DNA of 64,000 bases, taken from assembly GCF_046119375.1 (NCBI RefSeq), contig NW_027362764.1:78368001-78432000 (forward strand), given 5' to 3'. Positions 24,704 to 40,476 of this stretch are shown here, piece by piece. Below the pieces are notes generated by a model that was given only the letters and a program-made list of their open reading frames with translations, made no database searches and was not told the origin of the DNA. The translations under genes were made by a program, and so were the position numbers. Every line of letters begins with the position of its first letter. Position 1 is the stretch's first letter. Origin of the DNA: Phyllobates terribilis (Eukaryota).

Positions 24704-25009
24704 TGGTACAAATTAGAACAGTACACAATGTATAAAATATGGGTGCAGTGACTCCCATGCAAAGAAACCAATCTTGCATAAATATATATAAAAAAAAGAA
24801 AAAAGGCAGCACTACAATATTTACCAAAAATATAAAGGACTTTAATCAGCCCATATGACATGGTGACGGTTCGGTTGAAGTGAACCTTTCTCAAGCAGTG
24901 AGTAAGTGTACAATGAAGATATAGTGCTGCATTACATATTCATCTGGGAACATTGCACACCACTTTTTATTATATTTCTAATTTTCCTGTCAATTATGTT
25001 TTGTGGACT

Positions 25010-25508
25010 ATGGAGGATAACATCTTTGAGCCGGGCGTGTTCATTTATATCAGTGAGGATGAGGAATGGATTTTGAAAGGTCCGGATGGAGACGCCACTT
25101 TCCTTAGCACACCTTCTATTCCTGACTTAAAGTACAAGAATGAAAATGATGTTAAATGCATGACAACTCTTAAATTACATCTCACCACTCTTGGGCAATA
25201 CTACGTATAAGGCATGTAAAATCCCTAGAAGTCTGCGCTCCAATATTCGCCCCAATTTGTTTATTGGGGATTCTTTTTTCTGTACACATTTTTCAATGAT
25301 ATCTAATAAGTATACAATGGACATTATTTTATTAAGCATAGAATGTCTACAGCAAGAAACAAAAAAAATACTAGATGGTATCATTGAAACAGGGGGTAAA
25401 ATCCAATAATAATAATAATACTCGTAATAATTAATCAATAACAATTGAAACCAGAGGCTTGGACTATCTTTAAAGATCTTATCAATACACTCATTGAGAA
25501 ATTGTGCG
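25010..25508 (+). pseudogene. PLE ORF N-terminal region (frameshifted; truncated by the N gap)
   Basis: LHLTTLGQYY...KIPRSLRSNIRPNLF...F..I.NKYTMDIILLSIECLQ resembles the IPRGLR...NKCS.DL motif of vertebrate Penelope/Neptune ORFs. Confidence 0.7.
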
Positions 25509-25659
25509 NNNNNNNNNNNNNNNNNNNNNNNNNNNNNNNNNNNNNNNNNNNNNNNNNNNNNNNNNNNNNNNNNNNNNNNNNNNNNNNNNNNNNNNNNNNN
25601 NNNNNNNNNNNNNNNNNNNNNNNNNNNNNNNNNNNNNNNNNNNNNNNNNNNNNNNNNNN

Positions 25660-25671
25660 CTATCTATCCCA

Positions 25672-25723
<52 letters not shown>

Positions 25724-25784
25724 CCATATATATCTATCTATCTATCCCATATCTATCTATCTATGTATATCCATATCTATCTGT
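25660..25784. repeat. (TATC)n-type microsatellite between N gaps
   Basis: Direct reading. Confidence 0.95.
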
Positions 25785-26005
25785 NNNNNNNNNNNNNNNN
25801 NNNNNNNNNNNNNNNNNNNNNNNNNNNNNNNNNNNNNNNNNNNNNNNNNNNNNNNNNNNNNNNNNNNNNNNNNNNNNNNNNNNNNNNNNNNNNNNNNNNN
25901 NNNNNNNNNNNNNNNNNNNNNNNNNNNNNNNNNNNNNNNNNNNNNNNNNNNNNNNNNNNNNNNNNNNNNNNNNNNNNNNNNNNNNNNNNNNNNNNNNNNT
26001 ATATA

Positions 26006-27640
<1,635 letters not shown>

Positions 27641-28134
27641 TATCTATCNNNNNNNNNNNNNNNNNNNNNNNNNNNNNNNNNNNNNNNNNNNNNNNNNNNN
27701 NNNNNNNNNNNNNNNNNNNNNNNNNNNNNNNNNNNNNNNNNNNNNNNNNNNNNNNNNNNNNNNNNNNNNNNNNNNNNNNNNNNNNNNNNNNNNNNNNNNN
27801 NNNNNNNNNNNNNNNNNNNNNNNNNNNNNNNNNNNNNNNNNNNNNNNNNNNNNNNNNNNNNNNNNNNNNNNNNNNNNNNNNNNNNNNNNNNNNNNNNNNN
27901 NNNNNNNNNNNNNNNNNNNNNNNNNNNNNNNNNNNNNNNNNNNNNNNNNNNNNNNNNNNNNNNNNNNNNNNNNNNNNNNNNNNNNNNNNNNNNNNNNNNN
28001 NNNNNNNNNNNNNNNNNNNNNNNNNNNNNNNNNNNNNNNNNNNNNNNNNNNNNNNNNNNNNNNNNNNNNNNNNNNNNNNNNNNNNNNNNNNNNNNNNNNN
28101 NNNNNNNNNNNNNNNNNNNNNNNNNNNNNNNNNN

Positions 28135-28430
28135 ATCTATCCATCTATCTCATATCTATCATCTATCTATCTCTCTCATATCTATCATCTATCTCTCTCA
28201 TATCTATCATCTATCTCTCTGATATCTATCATCTATCTCTCTAATATCTATCATCTATCTCTCTCATATCTATCATCTATCTCTCTTATATCTATCATCT
28301 ATCTCTCTCATATCTATCATTTATCTCTCTCATATTTATCATCTATCTCTCTCATATCTATCATCTATCTATCTCTCTCATATCTATCTATCCATCCCAT
28401 ATCTACCTATCTAATCTCTTTTATCTATTT
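28135..28430. repeat. Compound ATCT/CTCTCAT microsatellite-minisatellite
   Basis: Direct reading. Confidence 0.9.
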
Positions 28431-29799
28431 AATAGCTATACATGTGCTTGTATTTATCATTCTATAGATCTAAACCCACTCTTCTATATTTCTATCTCTC
28501 CATCTATTTCAAGAAAATATCTATATTTAGTATAAGTTTCCAAATAACCATCTTAAACCCATTACCGCAGATCGAGCAGAGAAGCCATTATCCCGGCCTC
28601 CAATATTGAACCATGATTCAACTGAGCTAATTTTTCATCTATTGACACATAGTGGAACAGGGCGATGTCTGTTTTCTGACGTTCCCCCTTGGTAATGCTC
28701 TGTTGATGATGAAAGCCTTTACAGTTTGCTGCGATTCTGGAAATGACACACTAAAAAGAAAAACCCTCATCTAATGTTAATGTGATAAAAGCTTGCCATT
28801 AGAATCTACGGATGCATCATTAACTCGGTGTGACAAATTTACAGGACCTACATGACTGCTTGTGACTTCATGTAATTAATTTTTTACAGGGAATCTATTT
28901 TCAGAAAATTACCAATTGTTTTTATCAAGTTTAATATGTTAGTCTTATTTTTATAACATAAAAAAATGGAAAAAATAAATAGTTTTCAACTGACCACCAA
29001 GACCTCATTGACAATAAGTGATGGGCAAAGCTTACCTCCTCCTCCCTCCTTCCTCTCGCAGCATTCTGTTATTAAAATTAAGTTGTTTTCTGGTATTATT
29101 TTTATTTTTATACACGTTCTGCAAAGAAAATTTCTTATTACAATAGCTAAGGCAGTGTGGCTTACCCCCCAAAATACACCCAGAAATAAAAACTGATAAA
29201 AACAGTGAAAACTTAAAGGTGTTTCAAGCACATTTCAAAAACAAGCACATTTGGAATTGACATGTTATTAAAATGATCCCAGGTCTTGAGAATGGAAAGA
29301 TTTTTAATTTTATATATTTTTTGCTCATTTCCAAGGTTACTGGCCACCTCTGCAGTGTGTCAGAGGTGGCCAGTTTTCTAGGATTGGAGCAAGTGCTTAC
29401 GAGCTCCTTGTTAGACAGCTAGCAAGTGCTCCTCCTTGGACCAGGCCAACTTCAGTGTCCCTGTGCCTCTCCAATGCTGCATAGGCAAAACTGGGCAAGG
29501 CAGTCTTCATTTTAATTTTTATTAGTCAGTAGTACACAGGAAAATTAGCAACTTTGTAATATATGTTATCAGAGACATCTGCTTATTTCTCCTCCTGGAC
29601 TTTTTCAAATTATGGGTAAAATCTGTATTCAGTGAAGACAGATTTTCTTATTAATGAGATAACAGTTGGTGCTTTTAAAATCTATGCAGCGGGGGAAGAA
29701 GCTAGAGGCAGACACAGACATTCTGCTGAACATTCTCCTTTTAATTGCTCAGAAAATACATGAGGGGAAAGAAGAGAGAGAAAGAGAGTGGATACTGCT

Positions 29800-30380
29800 A
29801 ACCATGAGAGCTTACACTCTACAGATGAGAGAGGACCACAATGACCATAAGAGCATACACTCTACAGGAGAGAGAGAGGACCTCGCTGACCATAAGAGCT
29901 TACACTCTACAGGAGAGAGAGAGAGAGGACCCCACTGACCATAAGAGCTTACACTCTACAGGAGAGAGAGAGGACCCCACTGACCATAAGAGCTTACACT
30001 CTACAGGAGAGAGAGAGGACCCCACTGACCATAAGAGCTTACACTCTACAGGAGAGAGAGAGGACTCTGCTGACCATAAGAACTTACACTCTACAGGAGA
30101 GAGAGAGGATCCCACTGACGATAAGAGCTTACCCTCTACAGGAGAGAGAGAGGACCCCACTGACCATAAGAGCTTACACTCTACAGGAGAGAGAGAGGAC
30201 CCCGCTGACCATAAGAACTTACACTCTACAGGAGAGAGAGAGGATCCCGCTGACGATAAGAGCTTACCCTCTACAGGAGAGAGAGAGAGAGGACCCTGCT
30301 GACCATTAAAGCTTACACTCTGCAAGAAAGAGAGAGGACCCTGCTGACCATAAGAGCTTACACTCTACAGGAGAGAGAGA
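29800..30380. repeat. 45-bp minisatellite (~12-13 copies)
   Basis: gaccataagagcttacactctacaggagagagagaggaccccact repeated. Confidence 0.95.
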
Positions 30381-30575
30381 CTTATCTAGTGACTCTGGAG
30401 ATGGAAAATGATAGCCAAGGTAATTCACTTGACTAACCCATAGAGAATGAATAAAGCAAAGTTCCAGATGCTTGCATTCGGCATCATTCAGACCGGGCTC
30501 TGTATTTTTGAGATCAGTGCGTTCCCTAGCAGTAAGACTACAAGTGAGTATGTATATTTGATGCAACTCTTTTAA

Positions 30576-31101
30576 AGGGAATTTGTCGCCAGGTTTTTGC
30601 CACCTAATATGAGAAAAGCATAATGTGGAGACAGAGACCCTGATTCCAGCGATGTGTCACTGACTGGGCAGCTTGTTATAGCTTGGATAAAATCACAGTT
30701 GTATCAGCAGGAGATTATCACTAGAGGACTAGTAAACCCGCAGCCAAGTAGTTCTCGATATTCATGAGGTCTGTATAACCCCGCCCCTATCACTGATTGG
30801 CAGCGTTCTGTCTATGCACAGAGTACTCAGAAAAGTGCAAATCAGTGGTGTGGGCGGGGTTAAACAGAGCTCGGCATTCAGAGAACTGCTAGATCTGCAG
30901 ACGATAAAACAGGGATTTTATCAAAACTGCAACAAACGGGCCAGTAAGTGACATATTGCCTGTAAAGTGCTGTGGAATTAATGTTGCTACAGTATATAAG
31001 TGAGTAAAAATAAATAAATAAAAATTGCTGGAATCAGGATCGCTGCCATTACATCATGCTGCTCTGTAATGGGGAAGCAAAAACCTGGTGACAGATTCTC
31101 T
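30576..31101. mobile_element. TTAA-flanked T2/Kolobok-type MITE, related to 12811-13226
   Basis: ttaa|agggaatttgtcgccagg...cctggtgacagattctct|ttaa. Shared internal ctgattccagcgatgt.tcac. Confidence 0.85.
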
Positions 31102-32302
31102 TTAAATATAGGGAGTTGTATCTCATAATCTCAATTTTCTTACTGGCGCTTTAGTAGGACACATAATAATCATTCTGCCAAAACTGGAAATCTGCTCCAT
31201 GCACTGACTTCCTGGGCTTCCACTTCCACTCAGGATCAATACTCAGGGTTTGAAAAGATTAATATTCTTATTTCTATAAAACGTATCTGTCATTTATTTT
31301 AAATAAGAGATGAATTTCCGTGAGTTGCAGAACGTATCTTACACATAGTACGAAGGCAAAGCTATCCATGGCAGAAGATGCGCAGTATGCACGGGTCTTA
31401 TTCTGTAGCCTGAGCCCCTCCACCTTATGCTGCGGATTTGTGGATGTCTAACGGATTACCAGTAATGCATTAGCAGCAATCGATGAGGTTTGAGGGAACT
31501 TTTGTCTCTGTGATGGCATTTTCTGTTTCTTTAGAAAGCTATAAAATATTTATATTGGATTCGACATCCTGATCAAATGCTGCTTTGAAGTGTATGAAAA
31601 AAGTCTACTAAAACAGAACATCATTCACCTACTTAGAGAGGCCGCGCTCTTGACTGTATATTCAGAATATCCTTTATGATTGTACTGCTGCCACTGCAGG
31701 ATGAAATGATTTGACAGCCATATTGATAGCTATTGTCCAAGACGTTCCAGAACTTTGTCAGTTCATGAAGTCATTCACTGTGGGACTTTCCTTGGGTCCA
31801 ACAGAGGCCATTCTGAGGAGCAACCCTCAATCTGTGCAGAACTTGTGCACATCCACGTCTACGTTGTACTTACATATAGGTTTTTATGAATAGACCCATA
31901 AGAAACTGCCCCCTAATGGCAATTAACTGACTCTAAACGTGGTTGTCTTCTACTGAGCAGTGTGGACCTACCATTGTGTCAGGGCTTGTGCCAACATATC
32001 CCCTGATGGACCATGTGGCCATGTAAATATTTCAGGAAACAACCTGTCTGCATCCAGTTATCATTCATTATATATTGTCTCTCATTCATCCAATCATTCA
32101 TTCACTTCAGCCACATATCTCATGCACCATTGATTAACTTGGGCTTGCACGGTTTGACGTCCCACTAGGTCCAAAACAGTAGAATTCCATGAAGTCCAAG
32201 GCACCAAAGAGTAATCCATGTGTATAAATGTAACTTTTTTTCCATAATATTAAAAAGTATAGCAACAATAGGAAGATAAGTCAACCTTTCGCCATATTTG
32301 GT

Positions 32303-32793
32303 CTTTTTCAAGCCAGGAAAATACAACTCTATTTTCCTGGCTTGAAAAAGGTCAAAATATGTCTGAAACGTTGCTTTGTTTTCCTATTGTTGTTATACTT
32401 TTTACTAGTGTGGAATAATAATTTTGTATACAAGGAGTACTCTTTGGCGACTCAGACTTATTGGAATTCATTCATTCATTATAGTCACCCTCGCTGGCGG
32501 TATACATGGAGAAAGACCAGTAAGATGGATACTTATTTAACAGTGGATTCAAAGATTCAAGAAGACTTAGGTTCACCCACACTAGGTAAGTGAAATAATA
32601 AAAAGACCAGAACATAGAAAAAAAAGATCAAAATCTCACAAGACTTCAAAAGATATAATGAAACGCTATATTCAAGATAAAATCAACAAAAGATATTGGA
32701 GGATATACAAATAGTAAAACAACCAGAACAATAACAATGGGCTCCATGATTTCATAACTGATCAAAGTTGTATTTTACAAGACCCAGAGTGGA
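32303..32793 (+). mobile_element. Penelope-like fragment: junction hairpin, variant hammerhead-like motif and decayed ORF start
   Basis: 21-bp perfect inverted repeat at 32303-32350; ttgaaaa...gaaacgtt motif; YLT..KI(P)RRLR-like sequence near 32530-32570 with one frameshift. Confidence 0.45.
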
Positions 32794-32795
32794 TA

Positions 32796-34416
32796 CAGTG
32801 GGTACGGAAAGTATTCAGACCCCTTTACATTTTTCACTCTTTGTTTCATTGCAGCCATTTGGTAAATTCTAAAAAGTTCATTTTTTTCTCATTAAAGTAC
32901 ATTCTGCACCCCATCTTGACTGAAAAAAACAGAAATGTAGAAATTTTTGTAAATTTATTAGAAAAGAAAAACTGAAATATCACATGGTCATAAGTATTCA
33001 GACCCTTTCCTCATTATTGAGTAGAAGCACCTTTTTGAGCTAATACAGCCATGAGTATTCTTGGGAGCGATGCAACAAGTTTTTCACACCTGGATTTGGG
33101 GATCCTCTGCCATTCATCCTTGCAGATCCTCTCCAGTTCCGTCAGGATGGATGGTGAACGTTGGTGGACAGCCATTTTCAGGTCTCTCCAGAAATGCTCA
33201 ATTGAGTTTAGACCAGGGCTCTGGCTGGGCCAGTCAAGAATGGTCACAGAGTTGTTCTGAAGCCACGTCTTTGTTATTTTAGCTGTGTGCTTCGGGTCAT
33301 TGTCTTGTCAGAAGGTGAACCTTCGGCCAAGTGTGAGGTACACAGCATTCTGGAAGAGGTTTTCATCCAGGATATCTCTGTACTTGGCCGCATTCATGTT
33401 TCCTTCAATTACAACCAGTCGTCCTGTCCCTGCAGCTGAAAAACACCCCCCATAGCTTGATGCTGCCACCACCATGTTTCACTGTTGGGATTGTATTGGG
33501 CAGGTGCCTGGTTTTTCCCACACATACCGCTTAGAATTATCACCAAAAGGTTCTATCTTCGTCTCATCAGACCAGAGAATCTTATTTCTCATAGTCTGAG
33601 AGTCCTTCATGTGTTTTTGAGCAAACTCTATGCGGGCTTTCATATGTCTTGCACTGAGGAGATGCTTCCGTCGGGCCACTCTGCCATAAAAGCCCAACTG
33701 GTGGAGGGCAGCAGTGATAGTTGACTTTGTGGAACTTTCTCCCATCTCCCTACTGCATCTCTGAAGCTCAGCCACAGTGATCTTGGGGTTCTTCTTTACC
33801 GCTCTCACCAAGGCTCTTCTCCCACGATTGCTCAGTTTGGCTGGACGGCCAGGTCTAGGAAGACTTCTGGTGGTCCCAAACTTCTTCCATTTAAGGATTA
33901 TGGAGGCCACTGTGCTCTTAGGAACCTTGAGTAACGCAGAAATTCTTTTGTAACCTTGGGCAGATCTGTGCCTTGCCACAATTTTGTCTATGAGCTTTTT
34001 GGGCAGTTCCTATGAGCTCATGATTCTCATTTGGTCTGACATGCACTGTGAGCTGTGAAGTCTTATATAGATAGGTGTGTGCCTTTCCTAATCAAGTCCT
34101 GTTAGTTTAATTAAACACAGCTGGACTCCAATGAAGGAGTAGAACCATCTCAAGGAGGATCACAAGGAAATGGACACCATGTGACTTAAATATGAGTGTC
34201 TGAGCAAAGGGTCTGAATACTTATGACCATGTGATATTTTTTTTCTTTTTTAATAAATTTTCAAAAATTTCTACATTTCTATTTTTTTTCAGTCAAGATG
34301 GGGTGCAGAGTGTACTTTAATGAGAAAAAAATGAACTTTTTAGAATTTACCAAATGGCTGCAATGAAACAAAGAGTGAAAAATTTAAAGGGGTCTGAATA
34401 CTTTCCGTACCCACTG
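32796..34416 (-). mobile_element. Full-length Tc1 transposon of a second family, TA TSD
   Basis: ta|cagtgggtacggaaagtattcagacccc...ggggtctgaatactttccgtacccactg|ta, with long TIRs. Confidence 0.97.
33014..34021 (-). pseudogene. Decayed Tc1 transposase
   Basis: ARHRSAQGYKRISALLKVPKSTV...ILWSDETKIE...WPSQSPGLNSIEHFW...KGASTQ. Frameshifted and with a short deletion. Confidence 0.92.
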
Positions 34417-34445
34417 TATAACTGACTTCGCACTTCTAAGTTACT

Positions 34446-34488
34446 TGACCCCTGAGGAAGCACGTTTTGTGAAATGTGTGTGGGGTCA
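34446..34488 (+). ncRNA. CpG-decayed hammerhead ribozyme relic (PLE type), probably inactive
   Basis: UGACCC-CUGAGGA-A-GCA(CGUUU)UGU-GAAA-UGUGUG-UG-GGGUCA. Stem I and core are intact, but the triplet is GUG rather than NUH. Confidence 0.6.
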
Positions 34489-34978
34489 GCCGGGCACTAG
34501 GATTCTCCCTTTACTTTGGTTGATTACACTGCATGCAGCGCCACTTGAAGGGGGTACTGGGCACCGCTCTGTGGGCCGGAACTGAGTTCTCTTTGCCCTG
34601 AAACCCCTCTTCTAAACAGGAATCTGACGTGTGTGATGTGCTGTGGGATTCTTTCCTTACTTACTTCTCGTACGGAAGTCCTTGTTACCTCACGATCCAT
34701 GGGACTGGATATAGCTTCACACATAACAAGAGACTTTAGGTCCAGTTTAACAGGTTCAGCTTTACTGTGCAATTTGGATACATGCGGTTGCGGCACACAG
34801 AATGAGACAGAATCCACTCAAGTTGATGTTCCCTTTGTCCGGTTCAGTCTTTCCTCCATCTGCACGACCTGCCCCCACCTGAACAGCTTCTGTTGGTACC
34901 AGGGACTTTCTATCAGATGTTACAGCTTTCCTGAGGCCCACCATCTTTCCCTCTTGCTGTGACCCGACCGGACTCTTC

Positions 34979-36180
34979 TGTGGCGCCCCTGAGGGTTCAG
35001 TCGCCACAGAGGTACTGCACCTCCACCAGAGGTGTGGTATCTCCTTCTCTCAGGTAAGGAGGGAGTGCTGCCCGGAACCCCAACACCCACATTCAACACT
35101 ACACTGCTCCAGGCCGGCTGGAAGGTCAAGATGCAATGTGTTTCCTGCTGAGCCCTGTCCCTGGCTGGAGTGGGGGGAACCAAAGGTACGGGGAACCAGT
35201 AGTGGGTGTGGGTGGAGGAAGTAGAGTAGGAGAGCACCATGGTAGGAGATATATAATGGGAAGCCATCTTAGGGTGGCAGTGCAGAACAGTAGAGATGAG
35301 TTGAGAGGAGAGCAGTTCAGAAGAACAGCTCAGGACAGTTCAGAAGAACAGTCCGGGAGCAGAGTCTCATTAGGAGCTCTGCTCTGCAAGTAGGGCCTGG
35401 TCTGGAGGCCCCGGAGGGGAGCAGGGAGTAGGCTCCGTTCTAAGAAGTGATCCTAGGGGGTACGGCACGTGCAGGACGGCACCCGTACGCCCCGAATGTG
35501 CCAGAAGACAGAGGGATCGTAAGCCGCATTCTAATCCCCAGGAGGGTCAAGTAGGTCTGGCATCCGATGCACAGGAGGGACTTCAGAGCACCCGAATGGG
35601 ATTGAGAGTGGGCAGTGCAGAGCAGGAGGGAGAAAGACCCAGTGTGAAGTCGGTCTAGCGAGGAACACAGGAAAGTGGGGTTCTGCCAGGCATTCCCTAA
35701 CCTGCCTGAGGAAGAACTGAACCCCTGCCTGGTGAATGCAACGTGACGCGGGAGGCTGTAAGCTGACAGTGCACCCTGTGGAACTAAAGAACTGTGAGTA
35801 AAGACACGGATGACTGCACCGCACCGCCTCTGTCCAATTATTTTGTCTGCGACAACATTCCCTCTCTGCACCACAGCGCCCAGCACAACCACCATCCATT
35901 ATACCTTATACTGCCCTGGAGCTAAGCTCTACCTGTGGAGAGCCACACCACTCCTGCTGCCGTAACACCAGCTCCAGAGGACTGCTCCGCAGCGGCGGCA
36001 CCCTTTTGCTGCATTCCACAGGTGGTGTCATGAACAATCCCCAAAAAAACCCCCATATAAGAATATCACCCTTTTGAGTGACCGCCCTGGGCCACGGACC
36101 AGGCCAGCCACCGTGATATCCCCCGACCGGCATCCAGAAGCCCGGCTGCCGAGTAACCCCACGGCCCTGGGGGCACGTCA
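34979..36180 (+). mobile_element. Solo LTR (1202 bp, Gypsy-type), 4-bp TSD CTTC
   Basis: cttc|tgtggcgcccctgag...gggcacgtca|cttc. Confidence 0.9.
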
Positions 36181-36468
36181 CTTCCACTTAGGGAAGAAAG
36201 AGTCATAGTATCTGATGCCTCTTCTGGGTTCTATTCCCTGGACCGCCCCGGGATCTGTGCGAAACTTCAGATGTGTCCTCATACTGTTTGGAGACTCGAT
36301 AACTAACAGGACCCTTAACCGCTATTGCATTCATTGACCCTGAACATGTCACTCCTGTCACTGTCTGAGACTTCCTCTACTAGAACCCCTGAAGCAAGAA
36401 GTGCTTTCCCTTCTTATCTGATCTAACCACTCCCAACTTGTGGGCTATTCCCAAACCATTTAAATATA

Positions 36469-38105
<1,637 letters not shown>

Positions 38106-38349
38106 TATCTTACCCTGACTGCTGTTAGCTGTTTCTTTATGCCTTCCAATGGTTCCCCTATGGACAGCCCTTCCCAATTCCCGGGGACGGCCTTGAGGTA
38201 AAACCTACCGGAAAACCGAGACACAAACCGGCCATAAGGATAAAATCTAAATCTTTATAAAAACATATAACTATAAAACATTAATATTCATTACTGTACA
38301 AGTTAACTCTCCTTGACTCAGCATCTTCTTCTCACCCCCTTTACACTTG

Positions 38350-38967
38350 CACGCTGAAGTCAGCTGCCGGCTTCAGTACCAGCTATAGAAGAGTTCCCAG
38401 CACGTCGAGGGAACAGGAGAAGGTGAGTAGAATCGTTTATTTTTTTTACCTTTGTTGGAGAAGAACCGCAAAACAGAGACATTACTACTGCAAGGAGCTC
38501 AGGATGGGGAACATTATGCCAGGATGAGAGACATATCTTACTGGAACTGGCCCAGGATGGGACACATTATACCAAGAAGGGGCCCAGTATGGAGTACATT
38601 ATACCAGGAAAGGAAGACATTATATCAGGAAGGCGCCAGGATGGAGGACATTATGCCTGGAAAGAAATACATTATACCAGGAAGGGGCCCAGGATGGACA
38701 TATTATACCAGAATGGCGGACATTATTACGAGAAAGGGTCCAGTATTGGGGACAAGGAAAAGCCTAGGATGGAGGACATTATTACAGGAAGGGGCCATGA
38801 TTGGGGACATTATTATTGGATGGGGGCCATTGTTACATGGGGGGTGAACATGTATATCTTCACAGGATTTGGAACGCTACAAGTGCCCATACATCTGACG
38901 AGCTTGTAGATGGTGGCCCACGTCCAAAATTTGCACCGGGGCCCATTGGACTCCAGTTGTGCCACTA
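38350..38967. mobile_element. hAT-type MITE remnant with an internal ~30-bp degenerate minisatellite (38470-38830)
   Basis: attataccaggaaggggcccaggatgg-like units. The end ccagttgtgccacta resembles the AGTTACGCCACTG terminus. Confidence 0.45.
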
Positions 38968-40476
38968 GAAAAAAGGTATTTTGACATATACTGGCCAAGC
39001 ATACCAGAAGAACGCTCATTTGGCATGTATTTGGCATAAGATTGTCTATGGGTACATTAGTAATACAGAAACATTGACCGATTGTGCTGGGAGTCTAGCC
39101 TCACTGGTATTAGAAAGGTTCATCGACAATAGCGACCTCTGGTAGTATAGTATTTTCAGTTAAAATTATAATGACAGATGGAGAGATAACTAATTACGTG
39201 AATCTGCAAATCCTATAATCCCATTATTGTATTGAATTTATTTCTCCTCTTTTATCATACAGTAGAAGAAAAAGTTAAAAAGTACATTTTCGGAATATCA
39301 ACTTTTGGATATAAAGTTTCAATAAAAAGGTATCAAGAATGGTCACACTCCAATTCACCGAATACTGACAGTTCAATTCCAACCGCGTCTGCATAATTTG
39401 AGGTTTATCGTTTACGAGTCACTTTCAATCTGTCACATTTCCAGGTCGAGTTGACTGCCGGTTATTTCAGACTGCAGATGTGTTAAGGATTTTGGCCGTC
39501 TATTAACTATGTCAGCAAAGATCATTTGCCCCCTAGTAAAAAAGGGCTGCCAGACTGATTTATATTTCGGCACTTTACTATATGGCTCTATTTATAGGGG
39601 ACGATATATTTAGCAGTAATCTCCCTACATGCCATGCGATTCACCCGAAGTTCTCAGCCTTCTCACCACATATCAAGCTGCATGACAAATGTTGGATAAA
39701 TTAAATATCATTTTATCTAATCGTACAATGTGTAAAATTATATTCTGATTATCACTTGATTTGGAAGATGTATGCACTTTCTAAATAGACACTTGTAATA
39801 TACTCATGAGAGTCACTAATTACACATAAATTAGATTTGTCTTGAAATATTAATATAAATTCGCATCGCATGCTGCAAGGGAGATACATAAAATGCTCAT
39901 TTTAAAACTTACAATTTGTTCTCCTTTGTCATCAGGGTACATGTTAATTAGGGGAAGATGACATAATATGCAAGGCTTCTTTGTAGCGCATATAATATAT
40001 GAAAATAGGTTACAGAATCTCATTGCTCTCCATGTTTCAAGGCAAGTCAAACAGAATATACAGTTGCAGTGATGAAGCACGATATGAATACTTTTTCCGA
40101 TGATTAGACAATGAGAGAAGGGGAAATGAATGAAAATAAGGTACAAAAAGATGGACATTTTTGACGCTGTTATGTCAGGACTAGATGGTGGCCCGATTCT
40201 AACGCATTGGGTATTCTAGAATATGTATGTAGATTATTTATGAAGATTTAAGAATAATGCAAAGAATACACAGGATTTTCCGGGTAAAATATATACATTA
40301 TCATTAAATTTTATTGCTCATAGAACTTAATACAACTGAACGAAATTATTAAACAGATCATCAAAATATATAAACCATTACATGAATATCTAACTGTATT
40401 TAAATAAATCATAGGACGAAAGAAGTACATCGACACTATAATATATTTGTTAACAATATCACCCCAAAATATTTTT

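Larger units (their letters stand above)
24410..25508 (+). mobile_element. Penelope-like retroelement 5' fragment: pLTR-like segment with a degenerate hammerhead motif and AATAAA, then the ORF start
   Basis: cttgaccaaggttc...gagctgaaatgtt motif at 24420-24457, followed by a PLE-type N-terminal ORF. Confidence 0.65.

Noticed and set aside
28700-28770. C/D snoRNA (gatgatga box C-like)
   Set aside because: No box D (CTGA) at a suitable distance and no terminal stem.
29339-29374. 14-bp perfect hairpin (actggccacctctg / cagaggtggccagt)
   Set aside because: Most likely the internal palindrome of a decayed TTAA MITE. Its termini could not be matched and there is no evidence of RNA function.
38890-38912. 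Second Helitron 3' end (tagatggtggccc)
   Set aside because: A 13-bp match only, with no CTAG and no following hairpin. It lies inside a hAT-type MITE end.
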